From assembly GCF_009914755.1 (NCBI RefSeq), contig NC_060935.1: a stretch of DNA of 64,000 nucleotides; one strand, given 5' to 3'. A model generated the notes under the pieces. The model saw nothing but the letters and a program-made list of their open reading frames with translations, had not been told where the DNA came from and made no database searches. A program made the translations under genes and the position numbers. The DNA is from the human T2T-CHM13v2.0 reference genome, Homo sapiens. Positions 1 through 13,630 of this stretch are shown one piece after another. Every line of letters begins with the position of its first letter. Position 1 is the first letter of the stretch.

Positions 1-330
1 CAAATTATAAATATGTCTCCTACTCATGAAACTGGCACACTTGTTAAAAATATGGAATTATTCTCATGAGGGAGAAGAGCTCCAATAAAAATTGTCCAAA
101 TACTATGTGAAAATCAGCAAAAGATAAGAGACATTAAATAGTTTTTGGTCAGAAAAATTTCCAATACTAAGTGGAAACAGGATACCTTCTGCCTTAGCCA
201 GTGACCCTGTGGCCTAACCTACCCTTTGGAACAGAGGGAAATGCTGATGATAATATGAAGGAGAGAAGTGCTTTCATCAATAGTCAAGAGTCAGTAGGAC
301 ATCCTTGATGCTAAAGAAAAGCTACCAAAA

Positions 331-626
331 ATTTTTTTTTAGAGACGGAATCTTGCTCTCTTCCCCAGGCTGGAATGCAGTGGTGTGAGTATAGCTTACT
401 ACAGCCTTCACCCCCTGGACCCAAGCACTCCTAGCAATTCAGGCTTTCAAGTAGCTGAAACTACAGGCTCACAACACCAGGCCCAGGTACTTTTAAAAAC
501 ATTTTTTGTAGAGATGGAATCTCGCTATATTGCCCAGGTTGGTCTCAAACTCCTGAGCTCAAGTGATCTTCCTGCCTTGGCTTCCCAAAGTTCTGGGATT
601 ACAAGCATGAGCCACTGCACCTGGCC
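331..626 (-). mobile_element. Alu SINE, AluJ-like
   Basis: Poly-T followed by the reverse complement of a diverged dimeric Alu ending ctggcc; flanked by agaaaagcta / agaaagcta (TSD-like). Confidence 0.93.
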
Positions 627-1559
627 AGAAAGCTATTTAAATTCCTGTTTACAGAAGAGTAAATGAATAAAAATACAGCAATGAATAGGGAACACTCATA
701 AGTGTTATTTACATTGCCCAAATGTCACTGAATCCTCTAACATCCTGAGACCCCCTTGATTTGGTATCTAAATAAAAGAACTCCAGACTCCCAGTGCACA
801 AAATGTAAGAAGTCCAGTGCATTGTCAGGTTTTTGATAACTCCTGGGGTGGGGGAGGGTGTAGCTTGTTTACTGCCCTAAGTATTATTTTAGCTTCTAGC
901 TCAGTTCTTGATCTCTCTCAGACTGACCCTGCCACCCTGCCATGATTGAGAGCTGCTCCAAAACTTGAATACATTGTCCCTCTTCCACACTACATTTTCT
1001 CATTGTTAGTCACTTAAGTTGTCAAAGCGGAGTTTAATTGAAGATCACGGAAAACAAAGTAGAATTATAGAATTAATCAGAAAACACCTGAACATCGAAC
1101 ATCAGATCTGCATGAAATTAGTTTGCCAGTTTTCACTCTCCGTAGACCATAGCTTCTCACTACATTGCCTTTACCTTCTCTTAGGAAGCACTCCTCCAGA
1201 ACTTCTCTTTTCTGAATGTGCAGAAACATCACTTCCATTATGCATCACTCTGAGCATAAAACATAAACTTAAAGTTCCTAACACTTCATTATGTACAGCC
1301 ATTTAAGTCCTCTAGCCAAGATTTCGGGAAATGCCTTTATCCAATAAACATGCCCAAGTAATGACTTCTTAAATCAAAGTGCCACCTAACCTGAGGCTCC
1401 ATCCTTAGTGCAAAACAACCAGCAGCTTGGAGTTTGGGTGTTTCAGCATAAGTTTACTGTATCTGTTTGTGTGAATGTGGGGGGTTGCAGGAAGGGGGTA
1501 GGATTGGGGAGGTACAGAATCTCATTTCTCTACCAGAACAAACCCCATGTGTGCCAGGT

Positions 1560-1735
1560 TTGTTTTTGTTGCTGTTGTCCTTGTTGTTGTTGCTTGCATC
1601 ATCCTCCATCTTTCTGTTCCCCTTCCTTTTCTTCCTCCTTCCTCTACTCTTTCTTTTCTTCTTCCTTTTCTTTTGCTTACTCTTCTTCCCCCTCTTTCTT
1701 GTAGCCTTTTTCCACCTCCTCTTCTTCTTATATTA
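1560..1735. repeat. Pyrimidine-rich low-complexity tract
   Basis: ttg/ttc/cct-rich run; explains the F/L/S-rich ORFs at 1408-1771. Confidence 0.85.
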
Positions 1736-1945
1736 ATTTTTTGGAATATTAACTCTAAAATGGATTCATAATTTATTCCACCAGAGAAAATCCAGAATCT
1801 CTAATTTGTCTTTCAAATCTCTCTCTTAATGAGCCCAGCCTACCTGACTTACCACTTGACTCCTTTGAATAGCCTTCGTTTCAGCAAAATTTAATCATCT
1901 ACAGATCCCTGACTGTTCCCCCCAGTTGAGGTGCTGCTCCTTCCA

Positions 1946-2320
<375 letters not shown>

Positions 2321-2434
2321 TAATTTTCTTACCTTGACTACCTTTCAGGGCTCCCAAGAGAATCCACCTCATAGATCATAGATGGCACATACCTTCAATC
2401 CGCTTCCAATTCTACTACTATGAGTCAGATTACA

Positions 2435-2680
2435 AAGCCAGAAAGACCTGTAATTCAGTTCTAGCCCTGCTTCTTCCTAGTGTGTGCTTGTTTGTTTGTT
2501 TGTTTGCTTTTACCTTGGATAGATTAGTTTGCCTCTGTGTGCCTATTTTCCTCATCTGTAAATGGGGATTAAAATAGTACCTACCTCAAGGGTTACCGGG
2601 AGGATAAAATGAAGGAATGTGCACACATTGTTTGACACAGTGCCTGGCACATAGCAACAGCTCCATAAACATTAACTATG
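2435..2680 (+). mobile_element. MIR SINE
   Basis: Core ttcctcatctgtaaatggggatt...agtacctacctc...gtgcctggcacatag. Confidence 0.88.
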
Positions 2681-5600
2681 TAGTAATATTTTCTAACATC
2701 AAATAAGATTCCATGATTTCAAAACACACTTCCAGGTTATTAAATAAAAACATCTGGTCTACCCTGTGAAATGGGTAGAATAAATTTCTAATGCCTATTT
2801 TGTGGACGAGGAAACAGTCTTCGAGACAAAGACCAACTTTGCTGGACTTTAGCAACAATTAAAACTTAAGATAACTGCCACCATTGTTTTGGTTTTTACC
2901 CTGAATTTAGGTACAGATAAATTACATTCACCTGGACAGGATCTTCAGTCTTTAAGGAGTTTATAGGAGTGTCCTAGAAATAGAAAATAGTATGAGCTGC
3001 CTGGGCCCTATTGCCACTGTTCAGGAGACTGAAATAGGAGTGGAAGGAAGAAAGAATGGTTTTATCTCTGGTTGTGAATTCCCCAGGGGGAAAAATAATT
3101 GAAGAACTGTTTATGATAGAAAACTATAATGAGGAGTAATGGAATGCAATTAAGGGAAGAGAAATAACAAGCTTATAATAAGGTTCCAGTATGAGGTATT
3201 CAAATTTAATTGTGTTTTTTAAGTAATGTCAGACTCACAGATGCTGTAGCAACAAAGACTGTATACAAATGGGTGCATAAATAAATGACTTTATAATCTA
3301 CACAATCACAGTGGTGTGCCTTTTAAGCCAAGATGCCATTTTGCAACTGCACATTCAGAACTGGCATTGCAAATGCAAGAAAAAAAAACCTCCTATTGAG
3401 CGGAGAATGTGATTGTTTCCTATTTCTCATAACTTACTAAGAGGAATAAAAATATCCTCTCCTCCACACACACACACAATGGAAAATTGCCCAGCCTTTT
3501 CAAATTATTAGGTTTGCATACGTTGTGATCCATTTTTGAGTTGAAGCATTACACACTAGGAGGTTAATTTATCCAACAGAATGTTATAATCAACCATTTC
3601 AAATGCATTGCTCAGATCCCCAGAGACCTTAGGGGTGAAAGGAAAAAGATATTCAAATTAATTTTTATGTCTCCCACACTGCTACAGAGATGCAGCTAAA
3701 AATGTCATTCAGAACTAGTGCTGCAGGAAAAGTGGGAACTTGAAGAAGATCCCCTGCTTTTCTGCTGTTGGCTTCTCTGTGGAATCGAATTATTTGGAGT
3801 TCTTTGTTTTAAAGTCATTATTTTTCATTAGATGGGCCGCTGCTGTTATTCAAAAGTTAATAGCAAGAATATGTCTGGCTGACACAACAAATACAGCCAT
3901 AGTTCTACAGTTATTAATGCCAGTAACAGTTTGAGATACAATAAATGACTGTGCACTGTGGCATTTACCACTCACACAATAGCAGGGAACTGTGCTGACG
4001 ATCCGTCTTCTGAAAAGAGAACACACACACACAGACACACACACATCCATATGTGTGTACACACACTGAACCCTTAATACTCTTGTGATGATGGCTACCA
4101 GATACATCATGGCAACTAAATGAAGTTTTATAAGTGTAGGGTTTCAAAGTATGATTTATGATGTAAGGGAATAAATTGTGACACAAAGCATTTGTCTGGG
4201 AATTTGGAGGGCATAAGGAAGAATTGGCAGTCATATTGTACTTCTCCAGATTGTAAGGACATATACAAATAACTCACTAAAATGCTTGCATGATTCTTTC
4301 AGCCCTTTTATTTCCAGTGGTAATTGTGTCACCAGTCACTGGTTCCAGGGCTTAAGTGATTTGATTCAAGGCTAGCCTTGGTCTCAGGCATTATAATTGG
4401 ATTTTCCTTTTTCTTAGAGATTTACAAGGTGCATAGGCATATTAAAGTCTTTATGGAGCGCTGCAATGCGTGGATATAACATATTTTCAACATTTAACCT
4501 TTTCTTTTTGACTTACTAATTAACATTGTATATAGCAGCATTTTATGAGTACTAGTTTGGAAACATGGTCTTAATTCCCTTCTTCCCTCATATATACAAA
4601 CACACATGAAGAATTTTTATGATTCAATAGAAATGAGGTTGTTCCCCATATCATTCCAATTGATGAGACTCAGATGCTCAAATTATTGGAGAACTGTTAC
4701 CACCCTTCTGCTATGTGTTCTTCCACTGAACCGCCAGCCTGGAGAGGACTAAAGGTTGCAAGATTCTCATGGGTCTTTTGGGTTTCAGTTCTTGTTCTGA
4801 CCCAGTGATCTTCTATTGTCCGATTAATTTCCAAACTCCACCACTGTTGGGGCTATTTTTCTCCTCCACATAAGAGCTCTCCTACATCATAACAGGGACA
4901 ATTAATGTGCAAAATACAAAACTTTGTGAGAACAGCAGTCTTTCCTGTATCACCAGCACCTACCCCATGCTAGCCACAAAGTCAAGGCTTACTAATGATC
5001 ATGGCTAAATTAAATGAAAAACACCAGAGCTTTTCACAAATCCATTAAGCCTGCTAGAATTTTGGCCAAAGATTTTTCAGACCAATTTTTGGAAGGCTTA
5101 TCACTATGCTTCTAACTCCTAATTGCTTCATGCCTATCATCAATAAGCATTTATTCAGCAACCATATGAACAGATGAGTGCTTCGCAGGGCAAGTTTAAT
5201 TGACTTATTCTCTTCCCTTTCAGAGCAGACAGTCTTAATTTCTTTTTTCGATAAGCGTACATATCTTCATTCAGTTAATAGAATGTGACAAATTGCTATT
5301 ATAACTCTTAAGTACCTTTTCATATCTAGCAGTTTGTCTCTTCTCCAATTGCATCAGGTTCCTAGGTAGATCAGTACGTATTCAATGCAGACTAAAAACA
5401 TTCATAAGCTTGATTGTTCAAGTCATGGCCTAGCTGCTGTCATTTTCTGGTTAACTAAAGGTCACTCTCCAGTCTGCTGTTCTGTTTTGTTTGACATTGA
5501 ATGGTTCCCCAACTCATCATCCAATGCATCAGTTCTGTGCTGTGTTACAGATAGAGAATCATAGACGCAGGATGTCAGGCGTGAAAAGATGTTAGACATT

Positions 5601-5819
5601 GTTTAGTAGTAGTTGTGTCGATGGTAACATTTTCACTACCTTACCTTTGTAAACATTTTTAAATGTAGGAAATATTTTCTCATATCATTTGATCCTTAGC
5701 ATCACCTATAAAGTCAAAGACAATAAATCAAGGAGATGCTGATCTTCTCAATGTCACAAAACACCAGAACTTTTCCAGTCTTTGGACTCTGAATCTTCCA
5801 TTCTTTCTCTATTGTCTTA

Positions 5820-5960
5820 AGAAGGAGGTTGAAGAAGAAGAGAAGAATAAGAAAAAAGAAAGGGGAAATAAAAGAGAAGAGAAAGATGAGGGGGAAAAGA
5901 GATGAGGAGAGAAAGGAGGGAGAGAAGAGAGGTGTTAAAACAGAAAAAATAAAGGAAGAC
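5820..5960. repeat. Purine-rich (GA) low-complexity tract
   Basis: Almost pure A/G run. Confidence 0.85.
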
Positions 5961-6039
5961 AAGTACTTGACTCAAAGTATGTGTTTAGCAAATATTTTTG
6001 AATGAATGATAATATTTATTGTATGCATATAAAAATCAT

Positions 6040-6330
6040 TTGTGTTTAAGTTTCCTCATATTTTTCTCCACCTCTAGTTGTTGTGAAGATTAAATAAATA
6101 TCTATTCAAAATACTGTGTGTATGTGTATGTGTATATGTATATAATGTTTACAATAGCTCAATACATAGTAAATACTCAAATAATGTTAACTGTTATTAA
6201 ATTGATAGTATTTTACAGGTTAAAAAATTTTGAAAATAACATAATAATTAACCTTCAAGATAACCCTTTGAGATCAGTGATTATATCTTCATTTTATAGA
6301 TGAGCAAACTGAAACACTAAGTATGAGTGA
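6040..6330. mobile_element. Tail-to-tail MIR fragments (+ then -)
   Basis: gttgtgaagattaaat...atagtaaatactcaa followed by cattttatagatgagcaaactga. Confidence 0.65.
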
Positions 6331-7729
6331 CAATATCCAGCAGCAATACCTAGCTATTTACCTACCACACAGCTGCCTCCTTCAACTAACCCACAAATGG
6401 GAGTGGAGACTTCACAGTATAATTGGATATGTCTGTGATTTCATGGTTAATTTAGATGCAGGATATTAAGCTACATGCACCCCAACCTCAGGACACAGCC
6501 TGGATACTGAAAAAATCTTATTTTATCTTTAATTGTCCTAATTGTTAGCTTGTTACTTGAGATCTGCCTCTCTTGATAAGAATAGTTCAGAAAGAAAAAA
6601 AAAAGAGCTAGACAACTGGTATAGTTAATTGAGCTCTAGCTAACTAAGATTTTACTTTCTAATTATATCTTCATATTAGAACATTTGTGAACACTCACTG
6701 TAAGACAGAGATAAATTGGGAAGGAGCGGGTAAACCAACCTGAGTTTTCACTGCATTTGTAAGTCAAGTACTGGCTATAAAACGGGGAGTTCTCCTCTCC
6801 CAATCTGGAGCTTTGTCTTTTTCCTTTTCTATTTTGTTACTTACAAAGGATACAAATACATTTTCCCAAGTCAGTTGGATTCTAACCCAAACTAATCCTC
6901 ACCAAGAAGGAAGAAAACGAGACACAGTTCCCAGTGTCCACTTCAAGTGCAAGCTTAAATTAGGCCACAGCAAATGACACATTTTTTGCATTCTATCTTT
7001 GATGGATTGATTACATGTGTCATACTGAGAGTTGTCTCCTTTGCCTCAGTTAATAAGCACTGTTCAAAGTATCAGCTGGCAATTTTCTCATTGGTTAAGA
7101 TTTTTATTAAATCAAATGTTATGTGATTATGGTATCATTATAGGTAATTTGATATTAGGAGGGCTGTGTTAAATGTTGACTCTACCGTTTACTTACTACA
7201 TCTTTAGTATTTACCACATCTTTAGCTCCTGGAAAGGTTGCTTAAACCTCTTGAGTCTCCAACCAAAAACTAGGATATTAATATTTACCCCTGGAAATGG
7301 TTGGAGAATGAAATTAGTTTTTTGTGCATTAATGATAATTTCTCAGTCTAAAACAATGTTATTTACAGTTAGGTTACATGAGTAGGTGTTGAATGTTGAC
7401 TAAGTATCTTTGATTGTGAAATGTTTGCAGTGAGTTAACCCTAGTCCCTTGCTTTAAAAATCCTCAGAGCTTGAACCTCCATAGAGAACCTTGCTGCTGC
7501 CAAAGCCTAGAAACTTCAGATGGAGGGTCTGATAAAGGCAATGCTTCTAAGGATTTTGGGCAACTTCGTTTAACCTAGCAATAAGATTTAGACCAAGCTC
7601 TCCCAAGTTGGTCCTTAGACCTAACAACATCTCTGTCTTTGTCTCTCTTGTTAATTGTGTCCTACTGGCCTGTACTAATACTACAAGGCAATTAGCTGTG
7701 TTAATTAAAAATACCAGCCAAGCAAGATG

Positions 7730-8510
7730 CTTAGGAATGTTTCTGCCAAAGGCAGTCTCCAGTTTTAAACAGCCAGATTGATTTAAGGGCTTTTAACCAA
7801 CTGCTCTATAAATTTCACAACCAATAGCGAAGTGCTATGGAACAGCAAGTGAAGGTTGAAAACCCAGTGGTTTGCAAGCTCCCTACCATATGAAGGAGCC
7901 ACAGAAGGAGAGTGAAAATGAAACTTAACAGCCTCAGGGCAGTGGGAGAGGTTTTGAGGGAAGGCTGTTGAGCAACCAAGAGAAATTAAGCGTGTTATTT
8001 CAGAGCTAGATGTAGATGGGTTAGCTTCTGTAACTTACCATAGTCAAAAGGGAACTTTGGAAGGTGCTGAAGCAGTAGAAGGTAGATTGGAAAATTTCAG
8101 TGGACCATTCTAGTTGTTGAAGACATAGAAATGAGGGCACTGCTTGGCAGTGAGGGTGTTTATTTACCGAAGCCAGGCTTGTGATCTATTGGAAAAGGAA
8201 TAGACTATACAACTCTGTGGTTTTAGAGCTAGGGAAAATAACCCACTTCAGAAACCACCAGAGTAGCTGGCTAGTCCATATATTATCCCATGGCCCAGAT
8301 GGTAGACCATAGTGAGAGTCTCAACCATTAGCAATGCATCCTGAAGCCTCTGGAAGCAGATGGTAAATCTGTGGTTCCAAATAATCTGTATAAAACAGGA
8401 CTACATCCAGTTAGTGTATGACAAGGGAGCAGTACGTAGTCCCTTTCTTTCCAAATCCCCAGTAAGTCTAGGCAGGGTGTCAAAACCCCAGCAGAAGTGG
8501 ATTAGTCATA
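7730..8510 (+). mobile_element. Possible ancient LTR (MamGypLTR-like)
   Basis: Not SINE- or LINE-like; 3' end gggtgtcaaaaccccagcagaagtggattagtcata resembles the recalled end of mammalian Gypsy-like LTRs. Confidence 0.3.
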
Positions 8511-8614
8511 CTCCTGAATGTTCTAAAACATATGCAACTTTCTTTTTGTGTATTGAAATTACAATCTATCTACATTTTTAATACTTGAGACATTATTTCA
8601 TATGCTAATATAAT

Positions 8615-8780
8615 ATTCATCAGACTTCACTGGGCACCAGAAGCATCTATAAAGTTTAATTACCTAGGCCTCCATACAGACCTATTGAATAAGACTCTCC
8701 AGAGGCTGTACCCAAGTATCTATATTTTTAAGAAATACCACAGGTAATTTTTATATTCACCTAACGTTGAGAAGTATGGT
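8615..8780. mobile_element. MER5-type hAT MITE
   Basis: cagacctattgaataagactctc...tatttttaagaaataccacaggtaatt...ttgagaag. Confidence 0.6.
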
Positions 8781-8809
8781 GTTTATAGGTTTTTAAAGGG
8801 TAGAAAGAC

Positions 8810-9052
8810 TGCAGTGTAGTGTGTCCATACATGAGCCTTGGAGTCCAACAATCTTAGCTTTTATACTTAAAAGTTGTGAGATTTGGGTAAGCTATATAGC
8901 CTTTTTAATCTTCAGATTCCTCAAATGAAAATGGGAATAATGATAGTAATTCCACATAGCACTGATATGAAGATTATTAAATGAGTTCATATGTGTTGAA
9001 AGCTTAATCCAGTGTCTGGCAAGTAGTAAGTACTAAAGAAGTGGGGCTATTA
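8810..9052 (+). mobile_element. MIR SINE
   Basis: ttcctcaaatgaaaatgggaataatgatagta...cagtgtctggcaagtagtaag. Confidence 0.8.
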
Positions 9053-9289
9053 TTGACTGATGTAGTAATTTGGTCTTTGCTCCTTTTAGAGCACAGTCAA
9101 AAATGAAAACACCCCTAAGAGATGTAGGCTATTAAAAGAGCAGAATATAATAGTAGAAAGAATACAGGCAGACTCTGGGTTGTAGCTACCACTCCACTAC
9201 TCTCTAGTCTTAGGGAAGAAATTTGAACTCATGACCTTTAGTTTATTCATTAGTAAATTGGCATCATAAATTATGGGGTGACCCAAATT

Positions 9290-9430
9290 CAGTTATGGTC
9301 TGATTTTGTGTGCCCCAACCTAAGAATGATGTTTACATGTTTAAAGGGTTGTTAAAAAGGAAATACTATATGTGGCCCACGAAGACTAAAATATCCACTG
9401 TTCTTAAAGAAAAAGTTTGCTGACCTCTCC
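9290..9430. mobile_element. MER58-type hAT MITE
   Basis: ctaagaatgatgtttacatgtttaaagggttg...tatgtggcccacgaagactaaaata...aaaaagtttgctgacc. Confidence 0.65.
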
Positions 9431-9434
9431 TAGA

Positions 9435-9725
9435 TCGGCATTTTCCAAACTTTAATATGCATATAAATCATTTGATGCCTTCTTTAAAATGCATATTCTT
9501 ATTCAGCAGATCTGGGGTTGGGCCTGAGACTCTGCATTTTAACAAGCCACTGAATGGTGCTGATGCTGCTTGCTTAGGGATCAATGATGCTGATGTTACC
9601 TGCTCATGTTCAGTATCAACCCTGGATATTCAGCTTTAACTGGTAGTGGGTAGGGCCGGGGCTTTTCTTATATTTGTAAAGCTCATGAGCTGATTATAAT
9701 GTGCAGCTAAGGCTTAGAGCATCTG
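9435..9725. mobile_element. MER5-type hAT MITE fragments
   Basis: attcagcagatctggggttgggcctgagactctgcattttaacaagc...tgatgctgctg. Confidence 0.65.
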
Positions 9726-9790
9726 ATCCACTTTGGAGCCCCTCTGCAGAATAAGTTCAATCAGCTGTCATCTTAGAAAACAGAATCAAG

Positions 9791-10075
<285 letters not shown>

Positions 10076-11530
10076 GAGAAAATAAAATCGAGTCTCTAGG
10101 AATGTGATTCAAAACAGATGAGTTCTAATAGGAATAAAAGGAACAGCAAAGGAAAGAGGTCTGGTTGTTAATGGGCTGCACATAAAATGCAACTGTTTAG
10201 TTCTTGAATTTTTATAGCTCAGAACATTTGTCTGGTTCCTTATCTGTTTGTTCCTTATTTTACCAGCCTTGCTTCTTCACTTTCTATTAAGTTAAATTAA
10301 TTAATTAACTGGTTAATTTGTGGATCCCTTTCTAGATATGTGCCCTTGCTTTCCTGGACCTATAATGGTACCTGCATTGCGTTGTTTGTTATCTAACCCT
10401 ATAGAACTTGACTTCTGGTTCACCTGAATTGAGTAGCTATCAACACCTTCTGTTGGATTTAATTCATGGCCCAAACCCCAGACTGAAAATATAGAATGAT
10501 GGAACCTTAAGTATAAGAGCTAGAAAAGAATTCAAAATACTGTAGTAGAAGAATGTAAAACAGTTTCTGCCACCATTTCTGTCCTGCCCTCCCGTTCTCC
10601 TTCTCCTATAGCTATACAACATCATGACACAAAACAAGAGAATATAACTAGCATTTAAGAATATGAACTGAAGGGTTGATCACTATCCCTCTAATATCAA
10701 TTAGAGGAATGAAAATATTGACAATGAAAATAAAAACCCACCTTCTGATTTTGTACCCAAGGAAAAATCAGTAAGTCATCTCTGATACTTCACAAATTTA
10801 CATATTTGAAAAGGTTTCTCAGCTATAACTTGGGATTCGTAAGTGAAAAATATTTAGAGAAGGTCTTCAGGCCTGCTGGCAGTTTTACAGAAGTGCAGCT
10901 ATTCTGGGATTCTGTGATCTTAGGCATTTACTTATTTGACTCTTCGACTGACTGAGTTAAGGGTGACATGAAACATAGTGTCATCACCTGAAGAACTTAA
11001 AAATAGTGACAAAGATCAGGCAAAGCCATAACCTCTCACTGTGGTGCCTGGGAAGAAACAACATGATAGAGGTGACCTGTGGGCAGTATAAAAGAAGATA
11101 CCAGAGTGCTAGTAATGAGAAAAAAACAACTCAATTTGAGCTCCAAGCCTCGGAGCCTTGTTTCACCCAATCACTGTCAGCTGCAGCAGTAACCACTGCA
11201 TAGATCCAACCAGGGTTGTTGTGAAGCAAGTGTATCAGTGGCCCATCCCATTCAAAGCTAGCTGTTAATTTATGGTTGACTAACACTTTATTTTACTGCC
11301 TAGAACTCCCCGCTATAGTACCTATTAAGTTATATATGCCACAAACTAAGTGAAAACTCCACTGACAGTTATCATTGGTCATTGATTGTCCTTTGTCATC
11401 ATTAGACAAAGATAATGGTTTCTACCCACTAAGTGAGGGTTATTTTCTATAAATAGACCACTGCTCCCAGCCCAGTTATAGTATGCTCAAAAGCCATTCC
11501 AAAGTAACTTTGAACTATTAGTGTGCTTTA

Positions 11531-11992
<462 letters not shown>

Positions 11993-12777
11993 TCAGGATT
12001 AAATTGGAAAAGCTCTAGTGTTCTGGTTATTGTTTTTTGATTTCTGTTTGTAATCCTGGTAATGCGGATGTAGCAAAAAATCTTTTCAGTAATTCCTAAA
12101 TATTGCTTTATAGTCTGGCATAATTCACTGATAATTTTATAATTATGTGTTTTTACAAAATCTAGTAAGCACATGTATGTTTGTGTTTGTGTCTAAAGTT
12201 AAGATTTTCCTTTAATGAATCATAAGAGATCAGAGAAGTCATGCATGCCTTCAAAGGTACAATAAACGGGATTAACACTTTTACCAAAAAAAATCACCTG
12301 CTATAAAAATGTTAAGGTACTGAGAATACACTCTTGTCCCTTCACATTAGATTTTTCATACTTAATCTTTATGAATCTTAATTTAAGGTCATAATGTATA
12401 CCTTCTTGCACTATATTGATGCTTAAAATGGAATTCCACGTTTCCTGGCTTGAAAAACACATCACATTTTAAATAATTTTAATCACACACAGTATATCCT
12501 ATCATTGGGCTTTGTCTGGATCTGTCCAGAGTAGAATTTGGGGACATCAGTGCGGCCTAGTCAGTATCCATGGAGGTACTCTACATTCAGAAAGTCCACT
12601 GGCCCACAACCCAGCACCCTGAGTGCTCCTCCAATCAGCAGGTAGTGGTAGGACAGGAGGCAATTTCAGCTTCCCAGAGGTGGGGCCGATAGAGGAGCAG
12701 GATGAGAGCACAGTGCTATATTTGATCACGGCAAGGAGAAACAATGGGCCTCTCATGTCAGCAAATATATTTTTTGT

Positions 12778-12940
12778 CATTTAATATCTCTGTGCCTCAA
12801 TTTTCTCATCTATAAAGTAGGAATAGTGATAATGTCTTCCTCATAGGTGTATTATGACAATTAATAGGTTAATATATGCCAAGTAGTTGAAATACTACCT
12901 GGGGCGTAGTAAGTTCTACCTAAGTGTTTAATGATTACTA
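12778..12940 (+). mobile_element. MIR SINE
   Basis: tctctgtgcctcaattttctcatctataaagtaggaata core. Confidence 0.8.
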
Positions 12941-13502
12941 TTAAAACACTTGATTATCTATCACAATACGGGCTGTGGATAAATGATAGTTATCATCTTA
13001 CTTTCTACAGTTACTTCTTTCTCCAGCATGAAGTAAAACAACTTGAATAAGCCAGACAATAAAATTTCCATTGCCATCAACCCAACTGTCATTTGTACTA
13101 AGTCACACAGTTAGTAAGTGACTGGAACAGAAACTTGAATCTAGATCTATCAAACTCCATAGCCCAAGACTACTCTTTCAAATTCTTGTCTCCCTGCACT
13201 TTGATATTGGCATAATGAACAAGCCATTCACAAGGAGAGCCAGATTAGTGCACAAGCCCGGTTCAGCACATACCACCTGAAGTTACCTGCAGCTTCAGTA
13301 GTCATGGTAAGAAGCTTGTTACCATCATCCCAGTCGGTGGAAATGCTTTGAAAGGGAGGAGCTAAACCCACCATAACGTGGCACTCTCAAAGAGGGTGCC
13401 AAATGAAGCAGCTCAATAGAAAAGTTTTGAAAACTTTAATCTGGTCTAAATTGAGATCAATCTGTCCCTTGTGGGCATCAAACATAATGAGGCAGTAAGA
13501 GG

Positions 13503-13630
13503 TGACTAATCCAATCCAGAAGTTTCCCCTCATGCCTCCCACTGTGGTGAGGCCTGCGCTACTGTTCTATAAAAGGCTGTTTCTGACAGCAGATGTGACA
13601 CAGCTGATGTACCTGCTAAACACACCTGTA
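13503..13630 (+). promoter_or_regulatory. Candidate CCAAT-TATA promoter / E-box cluster
   Basis: CCAAT 13511-13515, TATAAAAG 13568-13575, E-boxes CAGATG 13590, CAGCTG 13601 and CACCTG 13623 in apparently repeat-free DNA; motif evidence only. Confidence 0.3.
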
